A stretch of 64,000 nucleotides of DNA from Candidatus Dormiibacterota bacterium (GTDB lineage Bacteria; Chloroflexota; Dormibacteria; Aeolococcales; Aeolococcaceae), in NCBI GenBank assembly GCA_035938875.1, contig DASZGL010000041.1:3341-67340 (forward strand), in the 5' to 3' direction. Under the pieces are notes generated by a model, which made no database searches, was not told where the DNA came from, and saw only the letters and a list, made by a program, of their open reading frames with translations. Positions within the stretch are counted from its first letter, which is position 1; each line of letters starts with the position of its first letter. Positions 11,408 through 21,000 of this stretch are shown here, in pieces. The position numbers and the translations under genes were made by a program.

Positions 11408-12586
11408 GTGTCCGCCGCAGCCGCCAGCATGTCGAGCACTTCCCCGCCGCGCACATTCCCATGGCGCGCGGCGTGGCTGATTGCCGTGGCCGCGCTGATG
11501 CTCTGGTTCCCCTTCTCGCCGATGGCCACGAAGTTCTGGCTGGTCACCGCGGTGTTCATCCTCATCTTCGCCATCGGCGCGCTCGGCCTCAACGTGCTCA
11601 CCGGGTACACCGGGCAGGTGTCGCTGGGACACGCCTTCTTCATCGCCGTGGGCGCGTACACCGGCGCCTACCTCGGCGGTGTTGGCAGCCGCGACATCAC
11701 CGGCCTGGGCCTGAGCGCGGCGATCTGGATTCCGGCGGCCGGCGTCATCGCCGCGTTGTGCGGACTCATCATCGGACCCACCGCGCTGCGCCTGCGCGGC
11801 CTCTACCTGGGCATCGTCACCATAGGGTTGGTCTTCATCGGCCAGCACATCTGGGTCAATGCCCCCCGGATCACCGGCGGACCCGGCGGACGCACCCTCC
11901 CCAGCATCACCTTCGGCAGCTTCGACCTGGGCCAGGATCAGACGATCGCAGGGATCACGTTCGACTCGAACGCGCTCAACTACTACCTCTGTCTGTTCAT
12001 CCTCGCCGCGGCCATGCTGTTCGTGTGGAACCTGGCCAGAACCCGCATGGGCAGAGCCATGCAGGCAGTCCGCGAGCGCGAGTTGGCTGCCAACCTCATG
12101 GGCATCAACCTGGCGCGCACCAAGATCACCGCCTTCGTGATCTCCTCGTTCCTCGCCGGCATCGCCGGCGCACTGTACGGCTCGCAGATCCACTTCGCCG
12201 CGCCCAACCCGCAGACCTGGGACCTCATCCTCTCCATCCAGTTCGTCGCCATCATCATCGTCGGCGGCGTTGGCACGGTGTCCGGTGCCCTGCTCGGCTC
12301 GATCTTCATCGGCGCCCTGCCTCAGATACTCAACAATTACGCCGGGTCGATTCCCTTCGGCCTGATCCAGACCACCGCCGGCGGCGGCGGCTACATAAGC
12401 TACGGTGACGCCGCGGCTGTCGTGTACGGAGTGCTCATCATCGTCTTCCTCATCGTCGAGCCCCGCGGGCTGGTCGGCCTCGCCGCCCGTGCCCGCCGCC
12501 TCGCCGCCAGGTATCGTTCAACGCGCGGTGCTCCACCGAGCGTTCCAAGCCAGCGTCCAGCATCCGCGGAGGAGGTAGTGAAGTGA
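11408..12586 (+). CDS. livM: branched-chain amino acid ABC transporter permease (LivM type)
   Basis: 392-aa polytopic protein with LivM-like motifs (LNVLTGYTGQVSLGHAFF). GTG lies 1 nt after the livH stop. Confidence 0.85.
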   Translation: MSAAAASMSSTSPPRTFPWRAAWLIAVAALMLWFPFSPMATKFWLVTAVFILIFAIGALGLNVLTGYTGQVSLGHAFFIAVGAYTGAYLGGVGSRDITGLGLSAAIWIPAAGVIAALCGLIIGPTALRLRGLYLGIVTIGLVFIGQHIWVNAPRITGGPGGRTLPSITFGSFDLGQDQTIAGITFDSNALNYYLCLFILAAAMLFVWNLARTRMGRAMQAVRERELAANLMGINLARTKITAFVISSFLAGIAGALYGSQIHFAAPNPQTWDLILSIQFVAIIIVGGVGTVSGALLGSIFIGALPQILNNYAGSIPFGLIQTTAGGGGYISYGDAAAVVYGVLIIVFLIVEPRGLVGLAARARRLAARYRSTRGAPPSVPSQRPASAEEVVK

Positions 12587-13893
12587 CAGTGACCGACAGA
12601 CTGGTTCGTCTTCGGGGCTTGGGGGCAGCGGCGATCATCGCCGGGCTCGCGGCCTGCGGCACCAGTGGCACAAGTAACACCAGCAGTGGTGCCGCCGCGC
12701 TGAAGACCGGGCCTGGCATCGACACCGCGACCAAGACGATCCATCTCGGGGTCCTGACACCACTGTCCGGCCCGGTGGCGGTCATCGGCAAGCCACTCAC
12801 GCTCGGCCAGGAAACATTCTTCCAGCAGCTCAACGACAGCGGCGGCATCGAGGGCTGGAAGATCGACATCAAGGATCACGAGAAGGACACCAAGTACGAT
12901 CCCCAGACTCAGGTCCAGCAGTACAACGCGGTCATCGACTCCGTTGCCTTCATCGCTCAGTCGCTGGGGAGCCCGACGACACTGGCAATCCAGCAGCTCG
13001 CCGACCAGGGCAAGGTGCTCATCGGCGCAGCGACGCAGTCGTCGAGCTGGGTGACCGACCCGGTCATGGCGGTGATCGGCAATCCCTATTCGATCGACAT
13101 CGCCAACGGCATCGACTGGGTGGTCAACAAGCTGGGCAAGAAGAGCGCCAAGATCGCCATCGTCTACCAGAACGACGAGTACGGGCAGGACGGCCTTCGT
13201 GGCTACAAGGCGGCGCTCGACACCTATCACTTCAACGACGTCGGGCAGCTGACCTACGCCGCAACCGACACCTCGTTCACATCGCAGATCCAGGCGCTGG
13301 CGACAGCGGGCGCAGAGTACGTCTTCCTGGTTGCCACTCCGAGCCCCGCGGGCAAGCTGGTCGGCACCGGTGCCGCCCTGAAGTACCTGCCCAACTGGGT
13401 GTTCCAGGGTCCCTGCTGGTCCGGTCTGCTCATGACCAGTGACGGGTCGGCGACGGGCAAGCCAACGCCGCTCAACAACCCGGCGATCACCTCGCACATC
13501 AACGTGCTCGGCTTCCAGGCGCAGTGGGGCGATACCAGCGTGCCCGGCATGACCAAGTTCCTCGCCGACCACGACAAGTACGCGCCGACGCAGGTACCCG
13601 ACCCCTACTACATGTACGGCTACGCGGAGGCGGAGATGGAGGCCGCGGTGCTCAAGAAGGCCATCGACAGCAACGACCTCAGCCGCCAGGGCATCCTCAC
13701 CGCCAAGCTGAACACCGGCAAGATCACCTTCGGGGGCCTCACTCCCGACATCAACTACACGCCGCAGCTCGGCCCGGTCGCGGAGCAGACTGGGATCTCT
13801 GCGGTCGACATCACCGTCCCCGGGTTCCTCAAGATCATCCAGGCGCCGTTCCTCGGCGACGCTGCCAAGACACTGAAGTTCCCGGCAAGCTAG
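12583..13893 (+). CDS. ABC transporter substrate-binding lipoprotein (Leu/Ile/Val-binding-protein family)
   Basis: Signal peptide plus lipobox (AAIIAGLAAC-GTS) and a type I periplasmic-binding-protein-like body. GGAGGAGG SD upstream. GTGA overlap with livM. Confidence 0.8.
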   Translation: MTVTDRLVRLRGLGAAAIIAGLAACGTSGTSNTSSGAAALKTGPGIDTATKTIHLGVLTPLSGPVAVIGKPLTLGQETFFQQLNDSGGIEGWKIDIKDHEKDTKYDPQTQVQQYNAVIDSVAFIAQSLGSPTTLAIQQLADQGKVLIGAATQSSSWVTDPVMAVIGNPYSIDIANGIDWVVNKLGKKSAKIAIVYQNDEYGQDGLRGYKAALDTYHFNDVGQLTYAATDTSFTSQIQALATAGAEYVFLVATPSPAGKLVGTGAALKYLPNWVFQGPCWSGLLMTSDGSATGKPTPLNNPAITSHINVLGFQAQWGDTSVPGMTKFLADHDKYAPTQVPDPYYMYGYAEAEMEAAVLKKAIDSNDLSRQGILTAKLNTGKITFGGLTPDINYTPQLGPVAEQTGISAVDITVPGFLKIIQAPFLGDAAKTLKFPAS

Positions 13894-13915
13894 TTAGAAC
13901 AACGGCACAACCAAA

Positions 13916-13951
13916 GGGGGTGCACCACGCACGGTGCACCTCCTTTCTTTT
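13916..13951 (+). terminator. rho-independent terminator after the liv operon
   Basis: Stem GGGGGTGCACC / GGTGCACCTCC of 11 bp with one G-U pair, 6-nt loop acgcac, followed by TTTCTTTT. Confidence 0.7.
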
Positions 13952-14004
13952 GAGGCCGAGACTGCAGCGCGAACAGGCAAAGCCCCGCGGCACCGCCTCC
14001 CCTG

Positions 14005-14427
14005 TCAGACCACGGTCAGCTTTACGTCGATGTTGCCGCGGGTGGCGTTGGAGTACGGGCAGACCGCATGCGACGCAGCCACAAGCTGCTCAGCCTGCTC
14101 ACGATCGATACGCGGCGCGTTGACGACAAGTTCAACCGCAAGTCCGAAGCCCGGGCCGGCGTCGAGAACACCAAGCCCGACCTTGGCGGTCACCGTGGAG
14201 TCGTCGGCGTCGAGCTTCATCCGCTGCGCCACCCGCTTCATCGCACTGTGGAAGCAGCCCGCATAGCCGGCGGCGAAGAGCTGCTCGGGATTGGTTCCCG
14301 GCGTCCCCGGACCGCCGAGCTCCGGCGGAGGCACCAGGGTGACGTCGAGGTTGCCGTCCGAGCTGACAGAACGACCGTCGCGACCGCCGGATGCCGTCGC
14401 CTCGGCGGTGTACAGGACCTTGACCAC
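14005..14427 (-). CDS. ohr: organic hydroperoxide resistance protein (OsmC/Ohr family)
   Basis: 140 aa with Ohr-type conserved Cys contexts (AAGYAGCFHSA and AVCPYSNATRGN). GTG start with a GGAGGAG SD 5 nt upstream. Confidence 0.85.
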   Translation of the reverse strand: MVKVLYTAEATASGGRDGRSVSSDGNLDVTLVPPPELGGPGTPGTNPEQLFAAGYAGCFHSAMKRVAQRMKLDADDSTVTAKVGLGVLDAGPGFGLAVELVVNAPRIDREQAEQLVAASHAVCPYSNATRGNIDVKLTVV

Positions 14428-14504
14428 GCGCTCTCCTCCATGACGTCCCCAGGGGGTGAGGAGGCAATGTAGCAGCCGGCATCGCCACGACCGCCGCCGC
14501 GGCG

Positions 14505-16547
14505 TCAGGGCATCGCCGCCTCCGCCGCGTCGAGCTGCGTCCGCAGCGCGTCCGGGTCGCTGACCGGCGCATCGCAGACAAATCCGCGACAGACGTAGGC
14601 GGTGGCATGCCCACCGCGCGCGGGGCGATCGGCGAGCAGCGGCACCCCGTCTGCCTTCCCCCAGGCGAGTACCGACAGCGGGTCGAAGCGTCCGCGCACG
14701 ACGCGCAGCAGCGCTTTGGTGTCGTCGGCGCCGGCGTCGCCGGTGATGGCCACTTCGCGGCCCGGTGACACCGCCCGCTGCAACGCCCAGGCGAGGTTGC
14801 CCAGGCTCAGCGGTGAACGCGACACCGCCTCGGCGAGCGGGCCGACGGCGCGCAACGCGGCGTCGCGCCAGCGGGTCTCGCCGGTCTGCGCAGCAAGGCG
14901 GAGCAGCGCATGCGCCGCCATCGACTGGCCGGCGGGAACGGCGTTGTCGTCGAGGGTGTGGGGACGGATGAGCAACGGCTCGCCGTCGATGGCCGTGTCG
15001 CAGAAGCCGGCACCGGGGTCCAGGTAGCGGCCGACGATGTCGTCGCAGAGTCTCTGCGCGCTGACGAAGTACGCCGCCTCCCCGGTGGCCTCGTACAGCG
15101 TCAGCAGGGCATCGGCGAGAAAGGCGACGTCCTCGAGGAAGCCTACGATCTTGGCGGTGCCGTCGCGCCAGGTGCGCAGCACCGTGCCGTCACGGACCAG
15201 CTCGCTCAACAGGAAGTCGGCGCATCGCCTGGCGGTTTCGATGTAGTCGTCCCTCTCCAGGACCGCGCCGACCTCGGCGAACGCCGCCAGCATCAGAGCA
15301 TTCCATGAGGTGATCACCTTGTCGTCGCGCGCCGGGTGGACGCGTTGCTCGCGCGCCGCGTACAGCCGCTCTCTGATCGAGTCGACACGGCCGCGCAGTT
15401 CGCCGGCGTCGATGCGCATCGTCGCCGCCACCTGGTCGAGCGCAAACGGCAGTGAGAGCACGGTGGTTCCGTGTTCGAAGTTGCCGCCTTCGACGACACC
15501 GAAGAGCCGCGCCGCGAGGGCTCCGTCGTCGTCACCGAGGACGTCGCGCAGCTGCTGCGGAGTCCACACGAAGAAGCTGCCCTCTTCGCCGTCGCTGTCT
15601 GCGTCCTGCGCCGAGGCGAAGCCGCCGCCGTCGAGCAGCATCTCGCGACGGGCGTAGTCGAGGATCTCCACCGCCACGCGCCGCCAACGCTCGTCACCGC
15701 TGAGCTGGTAGGCGTGCAGGTACACCGGCGCCAGCTGTGCGTTGTCGTAGAGCATCTTCTCGAAGTGCGGCACCGCCCATTGAGCGTCGACGCTGTAGCG
15801 GTGGAACCCGCCGCCCACCTGGTCGTAGACGCCGCCACGCGACATGCGGTCCAGCGTGATCTCCACCGCTGTCCACACCGACGTGTCGCGGTGTGCGGCG
15901 TACCAACGCAGCATCAGGTCGAGGGCAGCGGGATGAGGGAACTTCGGTGCGCCTCCGAAGCCACCGTAGCGACGGTCGGTCTGCTCGCCAAGACGGCGCA
16001 CCGCGGTGTCGAGCTGAGCCGTCGACGGTTCCACGCCCTGCCTCAGCCGCGGTGGCGTCAGCGCCTGGCGCAGCTGCTCACCGGTGGCGTCGACGGCTTC
16101 ACGGTTGTCGCGGTAGGCAGCGGCAGCGGCGCGGAGCACAGTGGGGAAGCCGCGCATGCCCATGCGGTCCTCCTTGGGGAAATAGGTTCCCCCGAAGTAG
16201 GGAACGCCGCGTGGCGTACAGAAGACAGTCATCGGCCAGCCGCCGCGGCCGCTCATGGCGACCACCGCCTGCATGTAAACGCCGTCGACATCCGGCCGCT
16301 CTTCGCGATCCACCTTGATGCTGACGAAGAGTTCGTTCTGCAGCGCGGCGATCTCCGGGTCCTCGAAGGACTCGTGGGCCATGACGTGGCACCAATGGCA
16401 GGCGCTGTAGCCGACGCTGAGCAGCACCGGCCGGTCGAGGCGGCGCGCCTGGTCCCACGCCTCGTCGCTCCACGGCCACCAGTCCACCGGGTTGTCGGCG
16501 TGCTGCCGCAGGTACGGGCTGGTCTCAGCAGCGAGGCGGTTGGCCAC
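14505..16547 (-). CDS. thioredoxin-domain (DUF255) protein with C-terminal alpha/alpha-barrel (YyaL-like)
   Basis: N-terminus [17 protein letters not shown]...[11 protein letters not shown] is the DUF255 thioredoxin-like signature. Total length 680 aa. Confidence 0.8.
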   Translation of the reverse strand: MANRLAAETSPYLRQHADNPVDWWPWSDEAWDQARRLDRPVLLSVGYSACHWCHVMAHESFEDPEIAALQNELFVSIKVDREERPDVDGVYMQAVVAMSGRGGWPMTVFCTPRGVPYFGGTYFPKEDRMGMRGFPTVLRAAAAAYRDNREAVDATGEQLRQALTPPRLRQGVEPSTAQLDTAVRRLGEQTDRRYGGFGGAPKFPHPAALDLMLRWYAAHRDTSVWTAVEITLDRMSRGGVYDQVGGGFHRYSVDAQWAVPHFEKMLYDNAQLAPVYLHAYQLSGDERWRRVAVEILDYARREMLLDGGGFASAQDADSDGEEGSFFVWTPQQLRDVLGDDDGALAARLFGVVEGGNFEHGTTVLSLPFALDQVAATMRIDAGELRGRVDSIRERLYAAREQRVHPARDDKVITSWNALMLAAFAEVGAVLERDDYIETARRCADFLLSELVRDGTVLRTWRDGTAKIVGFLEDVAFLADALLTLYEATGEAAYFVSAQRLCDDIVGRYLDPGAGFCDTAIDGEPLLIRPHTLDDNAVPAGQSMAAHALLRLAAQTGETRWRDAALRAVGPLAEAVSRSPLSLGNLAWALQRAVSPGREVAITGDAGADDTKALLRVVRGRFDPLSVLAWGKADGVPLLADRPARGGHATAYVCRGFVCDAPVSDPDALRTQLDAAEAAMP

Positions 16548-16587
16548 CCGATCACGCTACCAGCGCGTACGCCGGTGGCGCAGTCGC

Positions 16588-17226
16588 CTACCTGGGCGCG
16601 ACCACCAGCGTGTCGGCGATCTTGTCGTGCCAGCCCTGCTTGCGTGGATCCCATGCGGCCCAGGCGAGGCCGACGCCGAAGGGCAGCGAGGCGATGATGA
16701 AGCCGATGTAGCGCAGCACCAGGCGGCCGATGGTCGGCCGGCCGCCGTCGACTACGCGCACCACGCGCAGGCGCAGCAGGAGCTGCCCAACGGTTCCCCC
16801 GTAGGTCCACCAGAGGAGCACGTAGTACACGCCGGTGATGAGAAACGGCCAGGGGCCGTCGACGGTGACCCCCGTTGTGTTCTGGTTGACCCCGTCGATG
16901 GTGCGCACCGTGGAGTCGATGTGGTAGCCGATGCTGGCGAAGTGGCCCAGGATGAAGAGCACGGCGGTGAGGATCAGCGCGTCGATGAACCACGCCCCGA
17001 AGCGAATCCAGAACCCCGCGTAGACCAGGGCTGTCGAGGGCCCCGGCCGGGGGTCGATCGGCGCATAGCCATACGGGGGTGATGGCGGATACTCGGGCTG
17101 GGGATAAGGACGGATGCCATACCCGGTTGGTTGCTGCCCGGGCGGCTGAGCCGGCGGCTCAGATGGCGGTGAAACACCGGGCGGCGGTGGGACCGCGCCC
17201 CACGGCGGCGGTGGGGAGGGATCCAT
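16588..17226 (-). CDS. RDD-family membrane protein with Pro-rich N-terminus
   Basis: Pro/Tyr-rich N-terminal region of about 65 aa, then an RDD-like membrane core (YAGFWIRFGAWFIDALIL ... GWHDKIADTLVV). Confidence 0.75.
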   Translation of the reverse strand: MDPSPPPPWGAVPPPPGVSPPSEPPAQPPGQQPTGYGIRPYPQPEYPPSPPYGYAPIDPRPGPSTALVYAGFWIRFGAWFIDALILTAVLFILGHFASIGYHIDSTVRTIDGVNQNTTGVTVDGPWPFLITGVYYVLLWWTYGGTVGQLLLRLRVVRVVDGGRPTIGRLVLRYIGFIIASLPFGVGLAWAAWDPRKQGWHDKIADTLVVAPR

Positions 17227-17290
17227 CGTTTCTCCAGTTGGCGGCCTGGTTCGCCGTCATCGTACGGGCGATAGACTGGCCTGCGGTCAC

Positions 17291-17782
17291 ATGAGCGACA
17301 CGAAGCACGCGTCCACGAACGGCACCGTCGTGGCAGATGTCATGACCCGCGAGGTGCTCACGGTGACCCCCGACCAGCCCGTCGACGCCGCCGTCGCGCT
17401 GATCGTCGAGCACCGTCTCACCGGTCTACCGGTGGTGACCGCGGACCGTCGCTGTGTCGGCATCGTCAGCGAGTCCGACGTGCTCGGCAAGCGCGGCCGG
17501 ACCATCGGCAACATCATGACCACCGCGGTGATATCGGTCGAGGAGGACGTCCCCCTCAGCGAGGCGGCGGAGATCCTGCTCACTCGCCGCATCCGCCACC
17601 TGCCCATCACCCGCGAGGGCAAGCTCGTCGGCCTGCTCACCCGCATGGATCTGCTCCGCTACTTCGCGCGGACGCACTGGTCATGCCAGTGGTGCGGTCA
17701 CACAGAGCGCGGGCTGCGCCCACCCAACGCCTGTCCCTCTTGCGGCGCGCAGACGTGGCGTTTCACGGTGGAGGCGCGCTGA
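17291..17782 (+). CDS. CBS-pair domain protein with C-terminal zinc ribbon
   Basis: Two CBS repeats (VMTREVLTVTPD..., IMTTAVISVEED...RHLPIT) followed by CQWCG-x13-CPSCG. Confidence 0.8.
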   Translation: MSDTKHASTNGTVVADVMTREVLTVTPDQPVDAAVALIVEHRLTGLPVVTADRRCVGIVSESDVLGKRGRTIGNIMTTAVISVEEDVPLSEAAEILLTRRIRHLPITREGKLVGLLTRMDLLRYFARTHWSCQWCGHTERGLRPPNACPSCGAQTWRFTVEAR

Positions 17783-18740
17783 CCAGGCGGCGAAGCAGGA
17801 CCAGCGCGGCCACCGAGCCGAGCAGCGTGACCAGGGCGGTGCCCCACTGCCGCCACTTGAGATCGTCAGGCAGGTACGCGGGGGCCGCGGGGATGGGCTG
17901 CAGGTGATGCACCCAGATGCCGTCGCCGGTTCCCGCGTATACCGCCTGAGCACGGCTGTCGGAGGTCAGCGCCAGGACACTGTCGGGAAGGCCGGGGCCG
18001 GCGCGGATCCAGTCGTCTCCGCTGTCGCGGCTGATCAGGACGGAGTAGCCGTCGGTGGCCAGGTAGATGGTGTCGGTGAGCGGTTGGTCGAACGCGGTCA
18101 CCGCGGTCACCGTCGGGGCTCCCTGGACGAGGTTCTGGGGAAGCAGGACGAGAACGCGATTCCAATCCCCCCGGCCGCTGCGCCGCCACACGGTGTTGTC
18201 GTCGGAGATGGCCACAACCACCGTTGGCGAGGCTGCCGAGGCAGCGATGAGACGGGCGCCCGCGCCCAGGTTGGGGCTGCCGAGATCGATCTTGGGCACC
18301 GCGTCGGGGTAGGGACCATCGGCGTGGAGCACCCGACCGGCGCACAGCGACCAGTGGTCGCGGCCGGCGGCCACCTCGGCGTCGGGCGGTGACGTTGGTG
18401 ATCCACCGGTCAGCGCCGCCAGCGAGCACGATGCGCTCGGCCGAGGTGCCTGTGCCGTCGCGGTGAATGTGGCGCCGCCGTCGATCGACGTGTAACGCGT
18501 GCCGCCGGCGACGGCGATGATGCGGTCACCGCTGGCAACAACGGTGGTTATTCGCTGACCGCGCAGGCCGACGGGCACCCACCAGGCCTCTCCGGCGTGC
18601 GGATTCGGCGTCGGCGCGGGGGTCGCGACGGGGGTCGGCGCCGGTGTCGCCGCGGCCGCTCCGTTGGCGGTGAGCGTCATCGCGAGAGTGGCGAGCAGCG
18701 GCGCGCACGCGGCGGCGCAGCCGTGGCGTAAACCGGTCAC
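17763..18740 (-). CDS. Asp-box (BNR) beta-propeller ectoprotein with C-terminal TM anchor
   Basis: GTG 18740 overlaps the upstream stop (GTGA). N-terminal hydrophobic signal, Asp-boxes (SIDGGATF, SRDSGDDW), and a C-terminal TM segment followed by RRLVSAPPP. Confidence 0.6.
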   Translation of the reverse strand: MTGLRHGCAAACAPLLATLAMTLTANGAAAATPAPTPVATPAPTPNPHAGEAWWVPVGLRGQRITTVVASGDRIIAVAGGTRYTSIDGGATFTATAQAPRPSASCSLAALTGGSPTSPPDAEVAAGRDHWSLCAGRVLHADGPYPDAVPKIDLGSPNLGAGARLIAASAASPTVVVAISDDNTVWRRSGRGDWNRVLVLLPQNLVQGAPTVTAVTAFDQPLTDTIYLATDGYSVLISRDSGDDWIRAGPGLPDSVLALTSDSRAQAVYAGTGDGIWVHHLQPIPAAPAYLPDDLKWRQWGTALVTLLGSVAALVLLRRLVSAPPP

Positions 18741-19603
18741 TGCCCGTACAGCCCGTCGAGGATGACCACCGCGACGCCGACCTCGAGCACGGCGTGGATG
18801 ACGATCGCGGGCCACAGCGAACGGGTCCGCTGGGTGATGTAGCCGAGCACCAACCCGAGCACGACGGTGACCGGGACGAACGGTCCGGCCGGCCCCTCGT
18901 ACTGCACGGCGATGTGGGCCACGCCGAAGAGCGACGCCTGGCCGAGGTTGGCCGCCCAGGGTGGCAGGTCGCGCTCCAGGGCGCCGAGCAGGAGTCCCCG
19001 GAACTGCACCTCCTGCGCGGCCGCCTGGAGAACGTACGCGGGTGCCAGCCAGGGCATGTCCCGACCCAGCGCCGCCGGTTCGATGCCTTCACGGCCGAGC
19101 AGCTGCGCCGGAATGGCGAACGCCGCCAGGATGAGCAGCGCGGTGCCGGCAACAGCCACGCCGAGCGCGAGCGGCGAGATGCTGCGCAGTCGCAGCGCAG
19201 GCCGCGAGCGCGCGGGAAGCAGCGTTGTCGCGGCGACGCAGATGGCCGCGGTCGCCAGCATGTAGGCGGTGTCGGCGGCGAAGACGCGCTGGTTGAAGCT
19301 GTACCGATCGGCGAAGACGAGGGTCATCAGTCGCGGCATCGCCGCCCACAGCGAGAAGGGCACCGCAATCCCGGCGACGCCGAGGAGCACCGCCCGGCAG
19401 CGTGTCAGTGGCGCCCAGATGACCGACGCGGCGACCAGCGCGAGGCTCGGCATGGCGAGCCGGATGTCGAAGGGGTCCACCGAGACGGGGTCGCTGAAGG
19501 CGCGGGGGACGAGCAGGGCGATTCCAAGAGCAAACGCGGCGGCGAGGAGCGCGGCGACCGGAGGACGGCGCAGAGGCATGGGCCGGAGCGCGGCGATGTG
19601 CAC
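18737..19603 (-). CDS. CPBP-family (CAAX/Abi) intramembrane metalloprotease
   Basis: Polytopic protein with the three CPBP motifs in order: QEVQFRG (EExxxR-like), FGVAH (FxxxH), HAVLE (HxxxN-like). Confidence 0.7.
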   Translation of the reverse strand: MHIAALRPMPLRRPPVAALLAAAFALGIALLVPRAFSDPVSVDPFDIRLAMPSLALVAASVIWAPLTRCRAVLLGVAGIAVPFSLWAAMPRLMTLVFADRYSFNQRVFAADTAYMLATAAICVAATTLLPARSRPALRLRSISPLALGVAVAGTALLILAAFAIPAQLLGREGIEPAALGRDMPWLAPAYVLQAAAQEVQFRGLLLGALERDLPPWAANLGQASLFGVAHIAVQYEGPAGPFVPVTVVLGLVLGYITQRTRSLWPAIVIHAVLEVGVAVVILDGLYGQ

Positions 19604-19716
19604 GCCTTCTGTATAGCGAGTTGCCGCGAGCGTGCCCGTGTGCGAACCGGCTCGAGCAAGCAGCGCCGCGGAAAAGCCGTCGTCGGGGTGACATTGCAGT
19701 AGGCTTCCCCGACGCG

Positions 19717-21000
19717 ATGAGCGTGACCATCCTGGTGGGCGGCCAGTGGGGCGACGAGGGCAAGGGCAAGGTCATCGACCTGCTCGGCGACAGCGTCGAC
19801 ATGGTGGTCCGCTCGCAAGGAGGCAACAACGCCGGGCACACCGTGGTCAGCGAGGGTCGCGAGTTTCGCTTTCACCTGGTTCCCAGCGGCATCCTCTACC
19901 CGAGTGTCCTCTGCGTCATCGGTCACGGCGTCGTCGTCGATCCCAAGGCCTTTCTCGACGAGCTCGACCACGTCCACGAGAACGGCGTCTCGACCGAGAA
20001 CCTCATCGTCAGCGACCGCGCCCACATGGTCATGCCGTACCACCCTGTGCTCGACCAGCTGGGCGAGCAGCAGCGCGGCGACGACCGCCTGGGCACGACC
20101 TGGCGCGGCATCGGCCCCACCTATGAGGACAAGGTGCGGCGCATCGGCTTTCGCATCGGTGACCTGCAGAAGATCAAGTTCCTGGAGAAGAAGCTGCGCT
20201 TTGTGCTGCGCCTCAAGAACGAGACGCTGACCCGGCTGTTTAGCGTCGATCCCTTCGACGAACAGGCCATCCTCGATGAGTACATCGGCTATGCGGAGAG
20301 ACTCGATCGCTACATCCGCGACATCTACCCAGTGGTGCAGGGAGCGATCGCCGACGACCGGCGCATCCTCCTCGAGGGTGCGCAGGGAGTTATGCTCGAC
20401 CTCGACCTGGGCACGTATCCCTACGTCACGTCGTCGTCGCCGACCGCGGGCGGGGCCTGCACGGGTAGCGGCATTCCCCCGTCACGCATCACCAAGACGG
20501 TCGCCGTTTTCAAGGCGTACACCACGAGGGTGGGATATGGCCCGTTCCCCACCGAGCTGGTCGACGGACTCGGCGAATTGATCCGCGAGGTAGGACGCGA
20601 GTACGGCACAACCACGGGCAGGGCACGCCGCGTCGGCTGGTACGACGCCGCCGTGGCCCGCTACGCGGTCAACACCAACGGCATCCAGTCCATCGTGCTC
20701 ACCAAGCTCGATGTTCTGGACGACCTCGACACGATCAAGATCTGCACGGGCTACGCCAGCAAGGGTGAGCCATGGGACCATCCCATGGCCAACATCTCCC
20801 ACCTCAAGCACGCCGAGCCCGACTACATCGAGATGTCGGGGTGGAAATCCTCGACGCGCGGCTGCCGGCGCTTCGCGGACCTGCCCGCGCCGGCGCGCGA
20901 CTACATCGAGCAGATCGCCGAGCTGAGTGGCGCGCCGATCGACGTCGTCTCCGTCGGCCCTGACCGCGAGCAGACCATCATCCGCCGGCCGCTGCTCTAG
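19717..21000 (+). CDS. purA: adenylosuccinate synthetase
   Basis: N-terminal P-loop GGQWGDEGKGK, plus GTTWRGIGPTYEDK and TTGRARRVGW motifs. I take ATG 19717. Confidence 0.92.
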   Translation: MSVTILVGGQWGDEGKGKVIDLLGDSVDMVVRSQGGNNAGHTVVSEGREFRFHLVPSGILYPSVLCVIGHGVVVDPKAFLDELDHVHENGVSTENLIVSDRAHMVMPYHPVLDQLGEQQRGDDRLGTTWRGIGPTYEDKVRRIGFRIGDLQKIKFLEKKLRFVLRLKNETLTRLFSVDPFDEQAILDEYIGYAERLDRYIRDIYPVVQGAIADDRRILLEGAQGVMLDLDLGTYPYVTSSSPTAGGACTGSGIPPSRITKTVAVFKAYTTRVGYGPFPTELVDGLGELIREVGREYGTTTGRARRVGWYDAAVARYAVNTNGIQSIVLTKLDVLDDLDTIKICTGYASKGEPWDHPMANISHLKHAEPDYIEMSGWKSSTRGCRRFADLPAPARDYIEQIAELSGAPIDVVSVGPDREQTIIRRPLL

